Below, piece by piece: positions 31,483 through 32,000 of a DNA stretch of 32,000 nucleotides. Each line of letters starts with the position of its first letter. The first letter of the stretch is position 1. Source of the DNA: Wolbachia endosymbiont of Onchocerca ochengi (GTDB lineage: Bacteria; Pseudomonadota; Alphaproteobacteria; Rickettsiales; Anaplasmataceae); NCBI RefSeq assembly GCF_000306885.1, contig NC_018267.1:90001-122000 (forward strand). The letters are read 5' to 3'. Below the pieces are notes generated by a model. The model saw only the letters and a list, made by a program, of their open reading frames with translations. It made no database searches and was not told where the DNA came from. The position numbers were made by a program, and so were the translations under genes.

Positions 31483-31642
31483 AGGAAGGTACAGAAAAAG
31501 AAGACAGAAACAAAAGAAATGATACTCAATGATCTGACAGTAAAAAAGATTAAGAAGGAGAAGCATGGCTGCTACTATAGAGTAACTAATTGAAAAGATA
31601 TCTTAAGTAAAGTTTATTTCTATATTCAGAAAAAATTTAGAT

Positions 31643-32000
31643 ATGCAGTTACGCTTAAGCAAATTTTGTTTTAGATTACTACTTCTTACAACTTATGCAC
31701 TAATAACAAGTTGTGACAAGAACGATATGCCCTTTCCAAGGTGCATATCTGCTGACTATTTTGGTCCTGAACCTATTACAGTAAGCGCCCACTTTTTAGA
31801 TGATCACGATGCTTTCATCCAAGAAAATGAAGAAGTTATTGACTATGATACTGGAGAATTCAATAATGGTCTTCACCCAAATCAAGTAGTAAAATGGAAA
31901 GATACAGGACTCGAGACCAACGGAGATGATTTAGTAGTGCGAGTTAATGGTGCATGGATATCTTGGAACAATAACAATAGAAAAGAATCTAAAGATAACT
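31643..32000 (+). CDS. virB6: VirB6-family T4SS protein, paralog 4, N-terminus only; runs off right edge
   Basis: Manual translation from ATG 31643: MQLRLSKFCFRLLLLTTYALITSCDKNDMPFPRCISADYFGPEPITVSAHFLDDHDAFIQENEE...VVKWKDTGLETNGDDLVVRVNGAWISWNNNN; lipobox ITSC and operon position match the preceding paralogs. The diagnostic VirB6 core lies outside the window. Confidence 0.75.
   Translation, partial: MQLRLSKFCFRLLLLTTYALITSCDKNDMPFPRCISADYFGPEPITVSAHFLDDHDAFIQENEEVIDYDTGEFNNGLHPNQVVKWKDTGLETNGDDLVVRVNGAWISWNNNNRKESKDN

Noticed and set aside
22000-31529. Minus-strand ORFs within the virB region (e.g. 24149..24520, 27685..28038, 31002..31328)
   Set aside because: Antisense to well-supported virB4/virB6 genes with no motifs of their own.
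1-32000. CRISPR arrays, transposases, prophage genes, toxin-antitoxin or other defence cassettes
   Set aside because: Looked for regularly spaced direct repeats and recognisable protein motifs on both strands and saw none; the only repeats were short degenerate inverted ones and the 24-aa VirB6 repeat.

Overview
AT-rich window from an alphaproteobacterial Wolbachia-type (Anaplasmataceae) chromosome. The low coding density in the first ~20.8 kb and the decayed genes suggest a reduced, possibly filarial-nematode, strain, but that is inference. Left part: 5' portion of a PyrK/GltD-like oxidoreductase, tRNA-Ser(GGA), gyrB, a decayed ankyrin-repeat remnant, an alpha/beta hydrolase, a cytochrome c protein, recJ, a conserved hypothetical, miaA, a clear full-length recG pseudogene that the ORF track mostly hides, purH, fumC and a class I lysyl-tRNA synthetase. 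Right part (20.8-32 kb): a compact Rickettsiales-type type IV secretion operon, virB3-virB4-virB6 x3 plus the start of a fourth virB6 paralog. Best second-look items: the recG pseudogene, the ankyrin pseudogene, a recurring W-x-D-[ST] / [AQPN]-G-[DE] module and lipoboxes in the extended VirB6 N-termini, and a 24-aa tandem Cys repeat in the third VirB6. I found no CRISPR array, no transposase and no clear evidence for a wholly novel system.
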